DNA from: Octopus vulgaris
Taxonomy: Eukaryota
DNA length: 64,000 nucleotides
Direction: 5' to 3'
NCBI GenBank assembly: GCA_951406725.2
Contig: OX597822.1
Coordinates: forward strand, 43,958,001 to 44,022,000
Made by a program: the position numbers and the translations under genes. Of the stretch, positions 26,346 to 43,047 are shown in pieces. Positions within the stretch are counted from its first letter, which is position 1; every line of letters begins with the position of its first letter. Under the pieces are notes generated by a model. The model was not told the origin of the DNA, ran no database searches, and saw nothing but the letters and a program-made list of their open reading frames with translations.

Positions 26346-28089
26346 TAGTTAAAGGTCTTGGTATTAAATGAAGCGTTGGTAACTGCATTTCTTTTAATAT
26401 CCCTTCCGTTTCCGCGTGATTCCTGAATATTCTCATTGGTGTAGCTACCGTTGTTGTTGACTTTGTCCCTGATTTTTCCTTGCTGGTATAGTAGTAGTAT
26501 TAGTATTAGTAGTAGTAGTAGTAGTAGTAGTAGTAGAAGAAGAAGAAGAAGAAGAAGAAGAAGAAGAAGAAGAAGAAGAAGAAGAAGAAGAAGAAGAAGA
26601 AGCAGTAATTGTTGTTGGTGGTGGTGCTGTTGCGTTCGCCAAGACTAGACGTTGAGTTCAAGAGGCAAGTTTACATATTCGGTTCACGGGTTTGGAAGAA
26701 GAATGTGAAGGGAATTCTTTCCGTAGTTATAAATAAACCCGTAGAAGGCAGCAAGAAACCACGTGGTTCTGCAGACTATGGTTTGTAGATCATGATCGCC
26801 AAAACCTGTAATTATGGCTTAGGCAGAATGAGAACATATGGGGTGAACATATGACGTTCCTGATATAAAATAGTCGTGTGGCAGGAGATAACCCTCCGCC
26901 CACTATTTATACGTAGATTTTTAATTTTAAAAGGCTTACGATCCTACAGATGCTCCCACATTGACTAAATTTTCTCTTGGTTGATAAACAACGAGCTGTG
27001 AATCATGCGTAGCTATGAAATGTAAGTTGGTAGGTTTGTACACATCAGTCACTCTCTGAAATATATATTTCTGACCGAATCTCGAAGTCAAAACTAATTT
27101 GAGCACCGACAAAATTTTTGGGTATTACGTAAGTCCTAAACTATTGGTAAACGCTATGGTTAATGAAACCAAAAGAATATTTGTAATGCATAAAATGGCA
27201 TTCTAACCGTTCGCCTACAATCGTACGAATATCTATTAATGTTTGACCGCCATTGAAAAATATCTGATCATGCTTTATGTAATTATGAGTTGAGAAAAAG
27301 CAGATTTAAAGAGAAACCGAACAACATCCACCTAAAAAATACCAGCAACGGGGAAAAAAACACTTCGTAGAAGATAACCTTTACCGGAAATTTATCGACC
27401 AACATAGCCACAAATGTCCTAAAGTGGATAACAATATTTTCCTTATCAACCTTAAATAGCATTAACTGTCAAATACAACGACTGAAAATCTAAATTGGTA
27501 TGGAAAACGTCGCGGTTTTGCCAAATCGAAACAACTTTTTTAACTACACGTCTAAAAACAAGTATAACCCGATACTGGAATGATAACGCACAAATACAAT
27601 CCTTTATCCATTCAATAGATATGCGTCTCCGAAGAGCGAATGCTGTCTGCCTAAAAATTAATTTGGAGGTTGTATTAAGTGAAATTATATCGGGTTATTA
27701 CAAAATACGTTTAATAATAGACACGCACAACAAATCAACTCTTTTCGTAATAGGTAGAAAGCAAAAATAACTCATCACTTTAACTATTAGCCTTGCAGGA
27801 TATTACACATCTAATTCAGTAATAATCTCCCTCAAAAGAGAACAATGTTATAGAGAGATTACAATAACGGGATTGTTTTAACTTTTAAGGTTAGCATTGC
27901 CTTTTAAGAGTCCATAAAATAAAGTATAGTCAAGTATGCTGTCTATTGCATTGGCTCACCATCTTTTCTCAAAATTGCTAAATCAGAACCCATTGTTATT
28001 ATTATTGCAGAGTATTATATTTCGCTTGAAGCATTGTGTATCGTTTGTAAAAAATAAAATGTTTTCAATGGCACAATAATGCACTATAA

Positions 28090-28460
28090 GGCACCTCGCA
28101 AAGAAACGAACAAGGGACGACAATCAATGCACACTAACAAACTGTCCCATCCGTGACACAGATTTATGCCAACGAGTAAATGTTGTGTATAGAATACAAT
28201 GTAACAAATGCAACAAGTTCTATGTTGGTAGCACAACAAGACCGTTACACGTCCGCATCAAAGAATATCTGAAAACAAGAGCCTCCTCCTTTAGAAAACA
28301 TCTAAACGAATGCTGGAACACCGACAAAAGCATAACAGTCACAATTGAGGCCAATGAAAGAAACTTGGGTAATTTAAGAATTAAGGAAGCTATACTCATA
28401 CACAGACAAGGGCCCCGAATTAACAACAGGCTGGAGGTTGGTAATCAATATAGTATTTAG
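28090..28460 (+). pseudogene. Penelope-like GIY-YIG endonuclease fragment
   Basis: C..TNCPI..LCQRVNVVYRIQCNKCNKFYVGSTTRPLHVRIKEY..KH..C..LRIKEAILI..PRIN. Confidence 0.85.
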
Positions 28461-28825
28461 CTACATCTGGATGCGTGTAGGTTCATTTTTGATAACATGC
28501 TCGTATTGTTTGTAGCCCCCCCCCCCCAAAAAAAAGAGAAAATAAAAGAAAGGGAAAAAAGGAAGCTGCACAACTTAGAAGCAGCGCTACGGATGTGCCA
28601 GCCACACGAGATTGTGATGTGGCTGACCTCACATACTTTTCATGAGGAGTTCCGGAAGGATCTTCGTGTGACCACTGCTGAGACGCTTCCGGAAAAAAAA
28701 TACAGAGAGGCCGTTGGAAAACCGATTATAGCAGCGACTCCATCAATTCCTTAGGGATATCTGAAGAAAGAATTTTTATTCCGAAATATCATATAAGACT
28801 ACGGATGATTAAATTACAACAGTTA

Positions 28826-28898
<73 letters not shown>

Positions 28899-28899
<1 letters not shown>

Positions 28900-29360
28900 A
28901 TTATTGAGTGAAAGATCCGCGCATGCTATCAAAGTGACACTGGGGTAAAATATACGAAGCTCAGTATACCCATCATGACTACTCGTCTGATAAGGGGACG
29001 CCAGGCACATGCCTCACAACCATACGTGCGCCACATGGTAATTTCATAGCAAGATAAACAACGCATGACTTTGCAGGTGGGGCCCAGTTAGAATTTTCTT
29101 CATGTGGAGTAGCCCATCCCGCTCAAAAGGTCTCTGAATAAGGGTTGCTTAAGGATGTTGAACGAAACACTCATGCTTCCAGAGTTGAATTATCCAAACC
29201 CTAAAGAATTCCTCTCAACACATGGCTATGATGTTCCTCCACTACTCCTGCTCGTGATTAGAGATGCACATATCGCCATCCACTAAGGGAAATGCTCAAC
29301 TGGTTAGGGTCAAATAACTGAGAAGCAAATCTGTGGTATTGAACAGAATATTTACTGAAA
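28899..29360 (-). mobile_element. Non-coding (TAA)-tailed retroelement family E (5'-truncated)
   Basis: Reverse complement of 41900-42345; ends CTCTTTCACTCAATAA-like into (TAA)n. Confidence 0.75.
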
Positions 29361-30240
29361 TCAGTATTTATCTAAAATAAGGCAGCGAGCTGGCAGAATC
29401 GTTAACACGCCGGGCAAAATGCTTAATGGTATTCCGTCCTTCGTTACGTTTTGAGTTCAAATTCTATCGAGGTCGCCTTTGCTTTTCATCCTTCAGGTTT
29501 CGATAAAATAAGTAGCAGCACAGCAATGTGACCGATACAATCCCCTTTCGAAAACTGTGGGCTTGTTCCTATAACAGAAAGGAATCTCATGATCCCTGCT
29601 ATTGTTTTCTTTGTACTTTTGCTGTTACTCGCGCTGACAAGTCGTCTGTTCGCTCGGTCGCTCCAACATGTGGATTTAGATCATGTGTAATTGAATTTCT
29701 TTTTCAGATTTTAGAGTATTTAAATCAAAGATATTACATCTTTCTGAAAGTCAACCATATTTTTGACAGATTTATAGATTCATGGTTTTATATATTACTT
29801 CGCTGCCTTGGCTTTTCTTAACTATTTAAATACGGCTGTTCCAAATTCCCACCAGCCAGCTCCTAAGAACACTAATAAACAGCAACGAAAAGAAAAGAAG
29901 AACTAGCTCTCCGTCAGTTACGACGACGAGTGTTCCCGTATATTCGATTAACAGAACAGCTTGTTCGTGAAATTAACTTGCAAATGACTCGAGCGTACAT
30001 TTAACGTAGTTCTGAGAGATTCAGTGAGACACAGAATGGGACAAAGTTGGCCTTTTGAATTGCAGGTAAAACTAATTTTTTCTGAGTGGACTGCAATAAC
30101 CAGAAATAATCTGTCTTGCTCAAATACAAAACGCGCCACCTGGTTTCAAACTAATGCCCTTACAGTCAAGGAAGGAATACCTTAACGACTTAACGCCACC
30201 TTCGGCAACAAGAAAAAGAAAGGAACTTGGAACACATATA

Positions 30241-30457
30241 AGAGGAGGCGCTTAAATGTTCCTGGATTTGAGTAAAAGAAAATACAGAAGGATCAGTTAA
30301 TTATAATTTTATTCAACATATTCCCCTCTCAGATTTACACACTTATTGCATCGGTCCTTCAGTTTTTCTAAGCCCTGTAAAAGAACTCGGAGTTTTGGGT
30401 CACCAACCACGCTTTTCGCAATACTCTTAAAGCTAGGAACTTTTCAGCAGCCTCTAG
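30241..30457 (-). mobile_element. Mariner-derived MITE
   Basis: TA-flanked TIRs (AGAGGAGGCGCTTAAATGTTCCTGG / CTAGGAACTTTTCAGCAGCCTCTAG); the minus strand encodes the transposase C-terminus GLEKLKDRCNKCVNLRGEYVE. Confidence 0.8.
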
Positions 30458-30754
30458 TATGTATTAAAAAGGATCAAGTAGGCAAGGGGGCAAGAACGAC
30501 CATAACAGCAACAACAACAACAACAGCAACGTTGAAATAAACGATGATGGCATCATCATCATCATCAACACTAAAGTTAGCAGCAATACAAATATGAAAT
30601 TGTACTATGCGAAAGAATTCTAAAATATTAATAACATTTCACTGTACAACAGGTTTCACAAGAAGGAAGGGAAAAAGGCATACTAACGTGCAATTTATCT
30701 AATTTATGGAAATTCTTGCGAATCCAGGTCATTGTCTGTTTTTCTACAAAAGTT

Positions 30755-31095
30755 GAGACCCCCTTCGGTCATGACTGACCATGGGATTGCACCTAGAAAG
30801 TTACCCCACCTCAGGCACAAGTCCGAGCAAGGTTGTTTTATGGAAGACCAGCAGTTGCCTATGCATACTGGCCTCCTCTCTCCATGCCACCAGTGTTATC
30901 CAAGGGAAAAGCAAAGGCCGATACAGCTTGGCACCAGTGACATCGCAACTCATTTCTACAGACGAATGAATTGGAGCAATGTGAAATAAAGAGTCTTCCT
31001 CAAGAACACAACACACAGCATGATCCGGAATTCGATCTCACAACCTCACGCTCGTAAGCTCGACGCTCTAACCACCGTGCCATGCACCTCCACTC
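30755..31095 (-). mobile_element. tRNA-derived SINE family D
   Basis: Head GGTGCATGGCACGGTGGTTAGAGCG on the minus strand; inverted partner at 32010-32310. Confidence 0.8.
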
Positions 31096-32009
31096 TACAA
31101 AAGTGCTTTTAACCAAATGGCGCTTATTGAGAAGCATGTATTCGTGAGGATTTGAACGTAATATTATGTCATGAAGCTAGTGTTTCTCTGTACATATATG
31201 AGATACAAATATGGTCGAGTTACCTGTGTCTTACCAAATATATGGGTCTCTTCAAAGAACCTCTGAAGGCTTTCCTTACTAACACGCAGACGAAATCTCA
31301 TAAATAGGGTGAAAGAAGGCATATGACACAATATACATTGTTCAGGAAAACTGAAGGGCTCTGTAGGTGATTGATGTATCTACCTGTAGTCTAGTTCCAC
31401 AGCATTTGGAACAGTGGAACATGTGGACGTTTGAAAATGGCATCAGTGACGATATCGGCTTCTGGTTCGTGGTAATATTTGGCGCAGAACGAGTTCAAAT
31501 GTCGCCGAGGTCGACTTTGCGTTTCATATTTTCAGTGAGGATAAAATAAGTACCAGTAGTGCACTGGGATCGATGTAATCGATTTATGCCTTCTCCCAAA
31601 ATTGCTGGCTTTGTGTCAAAATTTGAAACAACTTCTGGCCCAGTAGTGATAAGTGAGCACCAACGATCTGACTTCCTATGATGTTGTTTGGGTTCGCTTT
31701 GGACAAGCAACTGCTCATAGATCTACAAAATCATAAAGCATTGGTACAATGCCGGAAGAAAGGCTCGAAGACCGATTATTCCAGACAGAATATTTAGCTG
31801 TTGCATATGCTGTTCACTATAATGATAGAAATATCTCAAATGCTGAACGAGGTGGAACCAAATGATATAGGATGCACTCGTTTTTCTTAATGGGAGGGCT
31901 TCTCGCATCTCTGTCTATAGTTGACTCGGAATCTTTATAAATTTACTCTTAAATATCTTCATTTATACAATGTGTATCTTTATACATATTCATCACTACT
32001 ATATTGTGA

Positions 32010-32310
32010 AGCCACATTGCTCAGTGGCTAGAGCATCGGGTTTACAACCGTGAGTTGTGAGTTCGATTCCCGGACCGGCTTGTGCGTTGTTTTCTTCAGC
32101 AAAGCACGTTATTTACACGTTACTCCAGTTCACACAGCAGTAGAAATGAATTGCGACGTCACTGGGGCCTGGCTGTATCAGCCTTTCCCTTAGACAACAT
32201 CGGTGGCGTGGAGATGGGTTATCTGTGTGCATGGGCGACTGCTGGTCTTCCACAAACAACCTTGGCCACTTGAGTCCCGGAAGGGAACTTTTTAGGTGCA
32301 ATCCCATATT
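32010..32310 (+). mobile_element. tRNA-derived SINE family D
   Basis: TTGCTCAGTGGCTAGAGC (A box), GAGTTCGATTCCCGG (B box); body matches the reverse complement of 30755-31095. Confidence 0.8.
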
Positions 32311-32339
32311 TGTTCGTGATTTAGGGTATCTTTACTGTC

Positions 32340-32500
32340 ATTCGGGAATGGTAGTATTAGTGAGAAAGGGCTCTGACATAAAAGACAGCTTTCGACCTAT
32401 AACCCTGATAAACGCATAGTTTTAGATTTTCAAGATGTTAATGAAGAGGTTGGCATTTTTCATCGATGATCTGGTCGAGTTAGTTCAAAAGTTCGAAATC
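32340..32500 (+). pseudogene. L1/Tx1-type RT N-terminal fragment
   Basis: GMVVLVRKG..IKDSFRPITLINA..KMLMKRLAFFIDDLV. Confidence 0.6.
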
Positions 32501-33118
32501 CAGAACAGGTTCTGCTACACGACAAGCTCCAGGCACCCTATAGGCCAATATTTACCACGTTTAAGACGGCGAGCTGGCAGAATCGTTAGCACGTCAGGCA
32601 AAATGCTTAGCTCTATCTCGTCCACCTTTACGTTTTGAGTTCAAATTCCTGCGACGTGGACTTTGCCTTTCATCCTCTCGGTAGAGATGTAATCGAATAG
32701 GGCCCCTTCCTCGAAATTACTGACGTTGTGCCAGAATTTGAAAACGATATTTATCACATATCCAATATGAAAAGTTACATTTAGAATACGTACACGATAA
32801 GTTTTGGAATATTGATATATCCACCCAGTATACATTTGGCAAGGAAAATACGGTTTGTATTTGAAGATTTTTACATTTTGATATTATCTACACAAGGTTA
32901 ACTAAGAAAGGTATGCACTATGGCTTCATCTGAAAAAAAAAGTGAGAACGCTGTTCGACAGAATGCTGTGAGCACTAATGTAAACAGACACGCTTCTCAG
33001 ATTCTCGGATATAAAGTTTAAAAAAAGATTAATAAAGCTTAATAAAGAACAAGAAGGCGAAAAATATGAAACATCCAACAATTAAAATATATACAAAACA
33101 GGATGTATGATGCACTTG

Positions 33119-33575
<457 letters not shown>

Positions 33576-33589
33576 CGATGGTGATGATA

Positions 33590-33649
<60 letters not shown>

Positions 33650-33681
33650 GTGGTGGTGATGATGGTGATGATGATGATGAC

Positions 33682-33729
<48 letters not shown>

Positions 33730-33731
<2 letters not shown>

Positions 33732-34590
33732 CATTTATTTCCTAAAAGGGTGAAGGATAGGGGGACAATACGAAGACAGACATAAAGTGTGGGGATTTAC
33801 ATAATATGAAATGATTTTAAAAAAGTGAAACAAAGAAAGAAAGAAAGTATACACTGTATGTACTGGAAAAGAAGGGACATGTGTATAGCATACAAAAAAG
33901 TGGCGCGGAGAATGATAGAGAATGATACAGGAATGTTTCTAGGGATAGTCAAAATTTCACAGAAATTTCCCTGAAAACCCAGGAGCAAGTGCATTCTTCT
34001 ATTTCTTCCTCTCCGTCTCACAGGTTTACACATAGAGAGGTACCATCCTCCCTAGCCATTTTCGCAACTTTCACTCACCTTTCAATAAACTCACTCGAGG
34101 ACAGCACTTTCCTCTCCACTCTGTTTCCTTTTCGAGTGAAACTTGAAGTCAGTGAGAGTTCCACCACAAAGAACAATGTATCTGTTCTCATGCCTTTCAG
34201 CCTTGTCCACCAAACAGCCTCTTCCGCCACAAACAACAGACAAAGGAAAACTGCCTTGCCTGCCCGATTGAAGGAGAGAGGCGGTGTGATCATTACTACA
34301 GACTCAGCCAACAGTCGGATCCGTTCCACACGTAACAGAAGATGTTCGACATAACCTCACAAGACAGCAATGCCTGGACACTGAACGAAGATGTGCAGAA
34401 CGGTTTCGTTACTCAGCGCGCACCTTGGCCAAGCTCGCCTGACAGCACATCCGTGCCTATAGAGCTTATCTCAAACCGCTAGCGCCCCTCCTCCGATAGC
34501 ACTGCCAGGTCAAGCATATCTGGAAATTATCCATGTTAGTTCCCAATCGGAAAGTACTCCGGAACGGACTAGAGACACCGCGAGAATGTT
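33730..34590 (-). mobile_element. Tx1/L1-clade LINE 3' fragment
   Basis: PRCALSNETVLHIFVQC zinc-knuckle remnant followed by VFLCLLFVAEEAVWWTR; same family at 42410-42880. Confidence 0.75.
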
Positions 34591-35224
34591 GCGAGTTTCC
34601 GTGTACCAAATCCTCTCACAGGGCTTTGGTCGGCCCGAGGTTATAGCAGAATACACTTGCCCAAGATCCCATGCGGTGGGACTGAACCTGGAACCATGTG
34701 ATTGGTAAGCAAGCTAATTACCACAGATCCACTCCTGGGGACGATTTCTTCAACTTAAACCCGATAAGGCGGTACTCCAGCAAGGTCGCTGTCGAATGAC
34801 AAAAACAAGTAAAAGAAAATTACGAATAAAAGTATACAGACCTTGTCCACCCGGTGATTATAAAAACCCAAACGAAAAACCGCATTGAAGGGTTCAGTGG
34901 ACCCAATCGACCACAATTCCTTCATGTTTCTTTTACTTATTCTGTCTTTTATTTCGTATGGTTTACTTGTTTCAATAATAAGACTGCGACCATGCTGGAG
35001 CACTGCTTCTAAAAAATTTTAGCCGAATCTATCGGTCCCGGTCCTTTTTTTTTAAAAAAAGACTTGGATACTTATTTTAATGGTCTCTTTGCCGTAGCTC
35101 TAAGTTACTGGGATGTAACCACACCAACATCGGTTGTCAAGAGGTAGTGGGGGACAAACGCAAACACGAAGACACACACAAAAACACAGGCACATACACT
35201 GCGTAAACATACACACATACACTA

Positions 35225-35575
35225 CGGTACTCCATCGGTTACGACGATGAGGGTTCCAGTTGATCTGATCAACAGAACAGCCTGCTCGTCAAATTAACGT
35301 GCAAGTGGCTGAGCACTCCTCAGACACGTGCACCCATAACGTAGTTCTCGGGGGAGATTCAGTGTGACACATAGTGCGGCAAGGCTGGTCCCTTTAAACC
35401 CAGGTACAACATAAAGAGGAAGAAAGAGTGAGAGAAAGTTGTGGTGAAAGAGTACAGCAGGGTTCGCCACCACCCCCTGCCGGTGCCTCGTGGAGCTTTG
35501 GGTGTTTCCGCTCAATAAACACTCACAAGGCCGACTGTGAGCACGCCGCCCTAACCACTGGGTCATTGTGCCTCC
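35225..35575 (-). mobile_element. SINE family C inserted in the microsatellite of a SINE A copy (34960-35760)
   Basis: Nearly identical to 23140-23520; SINE A halves lie on either side. Confidence 0.8.
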
Positions 35576-36338
35576 ACACACACACTTATATATATGTACG
35601 ACGGTCTTCTTTAAGTTAAGTTTCCGCCTACCAAATCCACTCACAAGGCTTTGGTCTGCCCGAGGCTATAGTAGAAGACACTTTCCCATGGTACAACGTA
35701 GTGGGACTGAACCTAGAACCATGTGGTTGGGAAGGAAGCTTCTTACCGCACACCCAAACCTGTGTGTTTTTTTTTTATTGCCGAAATGTTAAGTGACGTG
35801 AATGTAAACTAACCAACACTGGTTGTCAAGCGATGGTGGAGGACGAACACAAACACACAAATCAACACACATACATACACACATATATATACATACGCTT
35901 AACATAAGTTTCGTGGTCCTGGTTATTTGCAAACAAAGGTTCGAATTACTCGTGCGGAAAAGAATTAACGTAAAACATTTAAGAAGTGAGCCAGTGGTGG
36001 GAATTGAACCACGACTTTCTCGATTCCCATCAGTGGTTTGTGTGTTCTCTCTTCTAAAATTGATTAGTACAAAGGAATAATGTTTGATATTTGCTTATAT
36101 TTGATATGTCATCTGTGGTTAATTCAGTAGACACACACACACACACACACACACATACAGAAAGAGAGAGAGAGAGAGACATACAGAGAGAGAGACACAC
36201 ACACAGAGACTCCAGCGCGCGCGCACACACACACGCACATATTCAAAGGCATACAAGTACACACACACGAAGATACACACAGGTACAACCACAGAGTCAG
36301 ACAGACAGACATAGAGAAACAGGCAGGCAGATAGATAA

Positions 36339-36469
<131 letters not shown>

Positions 36470-36664
36470 GAGAGAGATAGATAGAGAGATAGATAGATCG
36501 ACATAGTTTGGTTCTTCACTTTCTCTTATCAACTTTCTTGGCCGTATTTAAAAACTTGTATTTCTCTTTGGATCCGAATTTGTGTTATTTTGTTTTGGTT
36601 TCAGCGTTTTCCGTGTGTCCAAGTGTGAATGAGGTTTCTCTCTGTCTGTTTTTTTTGTCTGTTC

Positions 36665-36758
<94 letters not shown>

Positions 36759-36814
36759 CTTCGTATATGTACACGGGCACAGACACAGACACATAGATAA
36801 ACACACACACGCAC

Positions 36815-36869
<55 letters not shown>

Positions 36870-37129
36870 CGCTTGTGTTGACTTCTCGGTGCTTCTGTCA
36901 CTGATTAGCCGCCGGTCAGCCGTGATCGACCTGACCAGTAATCAAATTCGTTACTACTGTGACCACCTCATCGATGTTTCAGACAGAGGGCATCTAGGAC
37001 TATATTATCAAAAGTGTCCTTCCTTATGGACGTGTGATTTGAGGGTATTACGCTGCAGTTTCTTGCACGCAGTGATCCACTTACAGGGCCTGCCTCCCCC
37101 AGTTCGATGTGTGTTATTGTGTCACAGAA

Positions 37130-37969
37130 AAACTCCGTAGCAACAACACCAGAACAGACTGACGTCGACGGCACAGCAGAGTCAGTGTCACCACCGGTAC
37201 CAGCACCACTACTACAATTTCTACCATCACCACCTCTACAACTACGACCATCAACACCATTCTCACTACTTCCACCGAGACCACCACCAACATCATCATC
37301 AGCAACTTCGACAACAATGACAACATCGGCATCACCGACATAGGCACCACCTCCACTTTCACCGACACCACAACAACGGCTGCTATCAACACCACCGACA
37401 CCACCACCACCACCACCACCACCATCAACACCGCCACCACCACCACCACCACCGTCATCATCATCAACACCACCACAACTACCACCCCCACCAACACCCA
37501 CCCCCAACCACCCCAACCACCACCACCATCGTCAACACCGCCACCATTACCACCATGACGACCCACCAACACCCCAACCACCATCACTACCACGACCACC
37601 ACCACCCCAACCACCCCATCACCTCCACCACCACCAGCAACATCAGCAGCAACAACAATAACGAGGACAAGACGATGACCACCACCGACACTACCACCAC
37701 CACCACCACAACAACAACAACAACAACAACAACAACTACAACTATTACTACTACTATCACCAATAGCACCACCACCTCCACCACCGTCACTGCTGCTGCT
37801 ACAACTACGTTGATATACCAGACATGATGTCACTATCACTATCAATCTATCTGTACGACTACTACTGCTACAGCCACCACCACTACTACTACTACTAACT
37901 CCACCATCATTACCTCCACACCCTCCGTCACACTCACCAGCACCGCCACCACCATTGCTACTACTACTA

Positions 37970-38000
<31 letters not shown>

Positions 38001-39399
38001 CACTACCACTACTACTACTACAACAATAACAACGATAACAACAGTAGTAACTCGGCCTCACAGAGACGTTCCACAGGTCACAATGCTTTGCTAGAAAGTA
38101 CAACTAAATCCTCTCAAATGCCATCCTAGTAGCGTTGAACAGTAAATATAACAGGATGGTCACGGTTGAACCGTCTTTAACAAGAGACCTGTGAACAAAC
38201 AACAGAAAAGAATAACAACACAGTTTTATCACATTACAACGTCATACCAACACACGCTACCACAACATACTACCACATATACTTCAATAACACGCATTAA
38301 ATCACACATCATTACCACATGCAACACAACAACCAGGACTACAATGGACTATACTACAACATACACTGCAACAATTCATTTCACCACTATAACATATACC
38401 ACTGCAACATACACACCACAACGTGTACTACAACATAAACTGCTACAATGTAGATAACTGCATACACCGCAAATTAAAATATTATTACTGCTACTTCGGA
38501 TGTGATAAAGGTATACTACAACAGTCGCCACAACAACGTCGTTACACCAATATCACAACCAGGCTACTACAACATTAGCTACAAGAACTTTAAACAATGA
38601 AAGCCACATTCAGTCTATCCCACCGCCACTAGCACTGTCACACCCACAACAACTCGGTACTACCACCACCACCACCACAAACACCACCACTCACACAGTA
38701 TTACTATGCCACCATTACCATCACCAGCACCACCACTACAGCCACTAGCACTACCACACCCACAACAAGCCTATACCAACTCCACCACTCTAATACCGCT
38801 ACCTACACAATAGTACCAAGTCACGAACACCACCACTACTGCCTCACCTAAAACAGTACCATACCACTGCCACTAACACAGCAACAGCAACATCAAAACG
38901 ATACCATCACTACCACTACAACCACTAATACCTACAACACCCACAGCAACCATATACCACCACCACTACAACTAACACTGTCGCAACAACTCCATACCAC
39001 TTCCATAGCTACATCATATTACCACCACTACCCTCCCAACAGCCACCACACGATGCTCATACCATCACTAACCCCACCACAACCACTACTGCCAGCACCA
39101 CCACCACCATCACCACCACAACCACCATTACAACTACAGGCACCATCGCCACAGCAATGCTATACCGCTACCATCGTCACTACCACCACAGCCACCACCA
39201 TAACCACATCGATACACCGCCACCGCCGCTACCAACATGACGACGACAACGACCACCACCACCGCCGCCACCAACAGGACACTCTTCATTGTCGTCACTC
39301 TTTATTATCATCATCACCATCATCATCAAACCCCTTATCGTCATCATCTGAGTTATCATCATCGTAACTGTCATCATCATCGTCATCGTCATCATCAGC

Positions 39400-39482
<83 letters not shown>

Positions 39483-39580
39483 TATCTACATCATCATGAT
39501 CATCGTCATCTTCATTATCACCATCACCTTCATCGTCGTCGACGTCATCATGTCAAGCATTATAATCATCGTCATCATCG

Positions 39581-39611
<31 letters not shown>

Positions 39612-39832
39612 GATCGTCATCATCATCACCATCATGATCGTCATCATCAGTATTATAATCATCATCATCATCATCATCAGCCTCATCACTATCATCAATA
39701 CTACCACGACCGCCACCATCACCACAATCGCCATTTTCATCATCATCATCACCATCACCATCCTCGTCGTCGAAGTCATCATCACTAACATTATAGTCAT
39801 CGTCGTCGTCGTCATTATCATCGTTATCATCG

Positions 39833-39866
<34 letters not shown>

Positions 39867-40115
39867 GATCGTCATCATCATCACCATCATGATCGTCATC
39901 ATCAGTATTATAATCATCATCATCATCATCATCAGCCTCATCTCTATCATCAATACTACCACGACCGCCACCATCACCACAATCGCCATTTTCATCATCA
40001 TCATCACCATCACCATCCTCGTCGTCGAAGTCATCATCACTAACATTATAGTCATCGTCGTCGTCGTCATTATCATCGTTATCATCGTCATCATCATCAT
40101 CATCATCATCATCCA
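37130..40115. repeat. Long degenerate trinucleotide low-complexity tract (ACC/ACT/CAA/CAT)
   Basis: About 3 kb of C/A-rich triplet repeats; no continuous ORF. Confidence 0.85.
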
Positions 40116-40399
40116 GATGTAACAGTGTAACTTGCATTAGCGGCATTCACGAGACATCAGAGCGGAAACAACAACAACAACAACATCCACTACATTTGAT
40201 GTAAATAAACACACAAAAATAGTTAATAATCGAAAACAAACACAAAAATAAAAATATAAAATGAAACATAAGAGAAAAACATGAAAAACAGTAAAGTAAA
40301 AATATTAACTAATTTCATTAAGTACTTAGTTAATTAATTAAAAAAATAATGATACATCAAACAGCAGCAAGAACAGCAACATCGCTGGAAATAATAGCC

Positions 40400-41759
<1,360 letters not shown>

Positions 41760-41789
41760 CTTTCGACCATAGGCAAAAAGCCTGAATTT

Positions 41790-42343
41790 TGGTCAAATGC
41801 TCTGATGCAGTACCGGGCAGTGGCTCTCATGGCTTCTGATCTTAACTGATTGGAAGTGTTATCATGTGCATTGTTTTGTCTTTGTATAAAAGATGGGCTA
41901 CAGTAAATATTCTGCTCAATTCGCTTGTCAGTTCTTTGACCTTAACCAGTTGAGTATGTCCCTTAGTAGCTGAAAATACGTGCATCTTTGATCACGAGCA
42001 GAAGTAGTGGGGGAGCATCGTAGCCATGTGTTGAGAGGGATTCTTTGGTGTTTGAATAATTCACCTCTGGAAGCATGGGGGTTTCGTTCAACATCCTTAA
42101 ACAACCCTTATTCAGGGACCTTTTGAGCAGGAGGGGCTACTCCACCTGAAGAAAATTCTAACTGGGCCGCACCTGCAAGGTTATGTGCTGTTTATCTTGG
42201 TATGAGATCACCATGTCTCACACATATGGTTGTGGTGCATGTGCATGGTATACCCTTATCAGATGGGTAGTCATGATGTGTATACTGAGCTTTGTATATT
42301 TTACCCCAGTGTCACTTTAATGGCATGCACTGCTCTCTCACTC

Positions 42344-42345
<2 letters not shown>
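41790..42345 (+). mobile_element. Non-coding (TAA)-tailed retroelement family E
   Basis: Lies between two (TAA)n arrays; 3' end CCCCAGTGTCACTTTAATGGCATGCACTGCTCTCTCACTC(AAT)n; second copy at 28899-29360. Confidence 0.75.
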
Positions 42346-42409
<64 letters not shown>

Positions 42410-42880
42410 CTTTCCTTTATAAGGGGCATACACAAAGAAAAGGACAAAAGAAAGCAAGTGATGATTAGCACGAAAACATGCGTATACCACAAAAAAACAA
42501 TAACAATTTTAAAAAATTTAAACAAGTGAGTTCGTCCAAAGTGGGAAGTTCCACTCTCTCCTCAACCCTCCGGCCTATTGGTGTCTGTTCAGCCGACGTC
42601 CTTTCACACAGGCCATCCTCGCCACATTCAGCAATCCTTCAGCAAAAATGCTAGTGGGGGACAGCACTTTCCTCTCCTCCATCACTCTTCTCTTCAGGTG
42701 GAACTTGAAAATGTCGATGAAGGATTGGTCGAAGAGAAAAGTGTCTGTCTTCAGTCCTTTATACCTGTCCCATCGCACTACCTCTTTCACCATAGCCCCG
42801 AGACGGAGGAAAGCTGTCTGCCGTTCCCGGCCAAAAGGAGGTGGTGCGGCGATCTTCACAATGAATTCGGTTGATAACCG
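42410..42880 (-). mobile_element. Tx1/L1-clade LINE 3' fragment
   Basis: ORF 42575-42859 (PPPFGRERQTAFLRLGAMVKEVVRW..ERKVLS) is homologous to 34075-34329. Confidence 0.7.
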
Positions 42881-42942
42881 TATTATTGCACGGCTTATCT
42901 TATTGAAGAAGCCCGCTGTGTATAAACATTTATATATGTATG

Positions 42943-43006
<64 letters not shown>

Positions 43007-43047
43007 AGTATATGAAAGAATGGAGTTGAACGACTAGTTAACAAATA

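Noticed and set aside
26925-27140. Old MITE with AGGCTTACG / CGTAAGTCCT ends
   Set aside because: Inverted match is too short and there is only one copy in the window.
36968-40146. Mucin-like, Gly-rich, His-rich or Asp-rich ORFs
   Set aside because: Overlapping ORFs in several frames over degenerate triplet repeats, with frequent stops and no domain.
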